A stretch of 37,938 bases of DNA from assembly GCA_030618325.1 (NCBI GenBank), contig JAUXDP010000001.1, forward strand, positions 1 to 37,938, in the 5' to 3' direction. Below the pieces are notes generated by a model, which worked only from the letters and a program-made list of their open reading frames with translations, ran no database searches and was not told where the DNA came from. Origin of the DNA: Methylococcaceae bacterium (GTDB taxonomy: Bacteria; Pseudomonadota; Gammaproteobacteria; Methylococcales; Methylomonadaceae). The translations under genes and the position numbers were made by a program. Each line of letters starts with the position of its first letter. Position 1 is the stretch's first letter. Below are positions 36,983 to 37,938 of the stretch, one piece after another.

Positions 36983-37938
36983 ATGCCAAAAAATTTACTT
37001 CCCTTTACTGTACTTCTAATAAGTATTTTATCAGTAAATAACGCACAAGCTAAAAAGCTATATAAATACCAGGATCAAGAAGGTGTGTGGCATTTTAGTG
37101 ACAAACAGCCTGAAACTGATCTACAAGTTCAAATCAGGCAAATGAAAGTTGCCAACAAAAAACTGGTTTGGCTGGAACAGTCCGGCAAGGAAAAAGAACC
37201 CGATTTTTTTATTCGCAATGGTTTTCACGGCCCCATTGAAATTGAAATAGCTTTAAATTCACAGAAGAATATCAGGGTGCACCCTGTATTGCCTACCCGT
37301 TTCGTAGTACAACCAGGGAAATCGGAAAAACTATTTGGAATTAGAGCTGGCAATCAGTATAAGCCGTGGGGATATGGTCTGCAATATAGCTATGTCATCG
37401 GCGCCCCTGGAAAGAAACATGATCATACGCACCTTTATTTACCTCCAATCAAGCCTGGCTCAGCTTTCCAAGTTACCCAAGGATTTGGTGGTAAATTCAG
37501 CCATCAGGATGAACAGAACCAGTATGCTGTTGATATAGCCATGCCAGTCGGTACGCCCATCCTTGCAGCCCGCTCAGGTGTTGTTATGAAGGTAGATAAT
37601 GACTATTACCAAGGTGGAACAGAAAATAAAGCTTATCTTTCCCGAGCAAACGCTGTCAGAATTCTGCACGATGATGGCTCCATGGCAGTCTACGCACATT
37701 TAGAGCTAGAACGAGCACAGGTTCATCCTGGCCAAAAAGTTTATGCTGGACAAGTGATAGCTTATTCGGGTAATACCGGTTTCACCTCCGGTCCTCATTT
37801 GCATTTTGCGGTTCAGGTCAATGAAGGAATGAAGCTTGTTTCTGTGCCTTTTAAATTTTCCGAGGATGACGGTGAGCATGGCCCCGCTATTGGAAGCTGG
37901 CTAACCAGTATCAATAAAAATGCAATGTGGGGCTCCTT
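36983..37938 (+). CDS. M23-family metallopeptidase with an N-terminal DUF4124-like module (3' end outside the window)
   Basis: Not in the track because it runs off the window without a stop; I translated it by hand. Signal peptide MPKNLLPFTVLLISILSVNNAQA. LYKYQDQEGVWHFSD is DUF4124-like. M23 motifs are HQDEQNQYAVDIAMPVGTPILAARSG and GNTGFTSGPHLHFAV. Confidence 0.85.
   Translation, partial: MPKNLLPFTVLLISILSVNNAQAKKLYKYQDQEGVWHFSDKQPETDLQVQIRQMKVANKKLVWLEQSGKEKEPDFFIRNGFHGPIEIEIALNSQKNIRVHPVLPTRFVVQPGKSEKLFGIRAGNQYKPWGYGLQYSYVIGAPGKKHDHTHLYLPPIKPGSAFQVTQGFGGKFSHQDEQNQYAVDIAMPVGTPILAARSGVVMKVDNDYYQGGTENKAYLSRANAVRILHDDGSMAVYAHLELERAQVHPGQKVYAGQVIAYSGNTGFTSGPHLHFAVQVNEGMKLVSVPFKFSEDDGEHGPAIGSWLTSINKNAMWGS

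Noticed and set aside
1-37938. Searched for CRISPR arrays, tRNA/rRNA/tmRNA genes, integrases, transposases, toxin-antitoxin pairs and known defence-system signatures.
   Set aside because: There are no regularly spaced direct repeats and no cloverleaf-capable conserved tRNA motifs in the short intergenic regions. No ORF has recombinase, transposase, nuclease-NTPase or other defence hallmarks. The only dynamin-like gene is single, unlike the two-gene Eleos/LeoABC system.

Overview
AT-rich (roughly 40% G+C by eye) chromosomal window with gammaproteobacterial-type gene content and synteny. About 90% is coding, and most genes are housekeeping. All family calls rest on motif recognition and recall of reference proteins, since no searches could be run.

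Gene order, left to right:
- pgi (5' truncated by the window), mltF, ald, a solitary dynamin-like GTPase, trmB, a thiS-thiG fusion, and a class I DAHP synthase.
- A six-gene Vibrio TonB2-type cluster: DUF3450/TtpB-like, long MotA/TolQ/ExbB TtpC-like, exbB, exbD, tonB, and a TPR TtpD-like protein.
- A tandem AP2-like protein, a 2-Cys peroxiredoxin, a small membrane protein, an asmA-family gene, mutY-yggX, and rho-trxA facing rhlB (the E. coli arrangement).
- yrfG, nudE, cysQ, can, and a MacAB-like adaptor/ATPase/FtsX-permease trio.
- ribA, a secreted HExxH protein, an M20 amidohydrolase, lexA plus a small downstream ORF, a lipoprotein, hemL, rmuC, ychJ, and a 3'-truncated DUF4124-M23 peptidase.

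I see no rRNA, tRNA, CRISPR array, integrase or transposase.

Non-genic structure:
- A family of palindromic MITE/REP-like elements: two 163-bp copies, one 76-bp internal-deletion copy, and possibly one degenerate end.
- A perfect 31-bp-stem hairpin built from CACGAAG repeats between thiSG and trmB.
- A few terminator-like hairpins.

I found no clear multi-gene novel system. The candidates most worth follow-up:
- A lexA locus whose promoter carries an alphaproteobacterial-type direct repeat (GTTC-N7-GTTC) instead of the gamma CTGT-N8-ACAG box, apparently co-transcribed with a 50-aa tail-anchored peptide.
- The MITE family, two copies of which bracket a small membrane gene.
- The orphan dynamin-like GTPase.
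- The tandem AP2-like protein.
- The uncharacterised HExxH protein.
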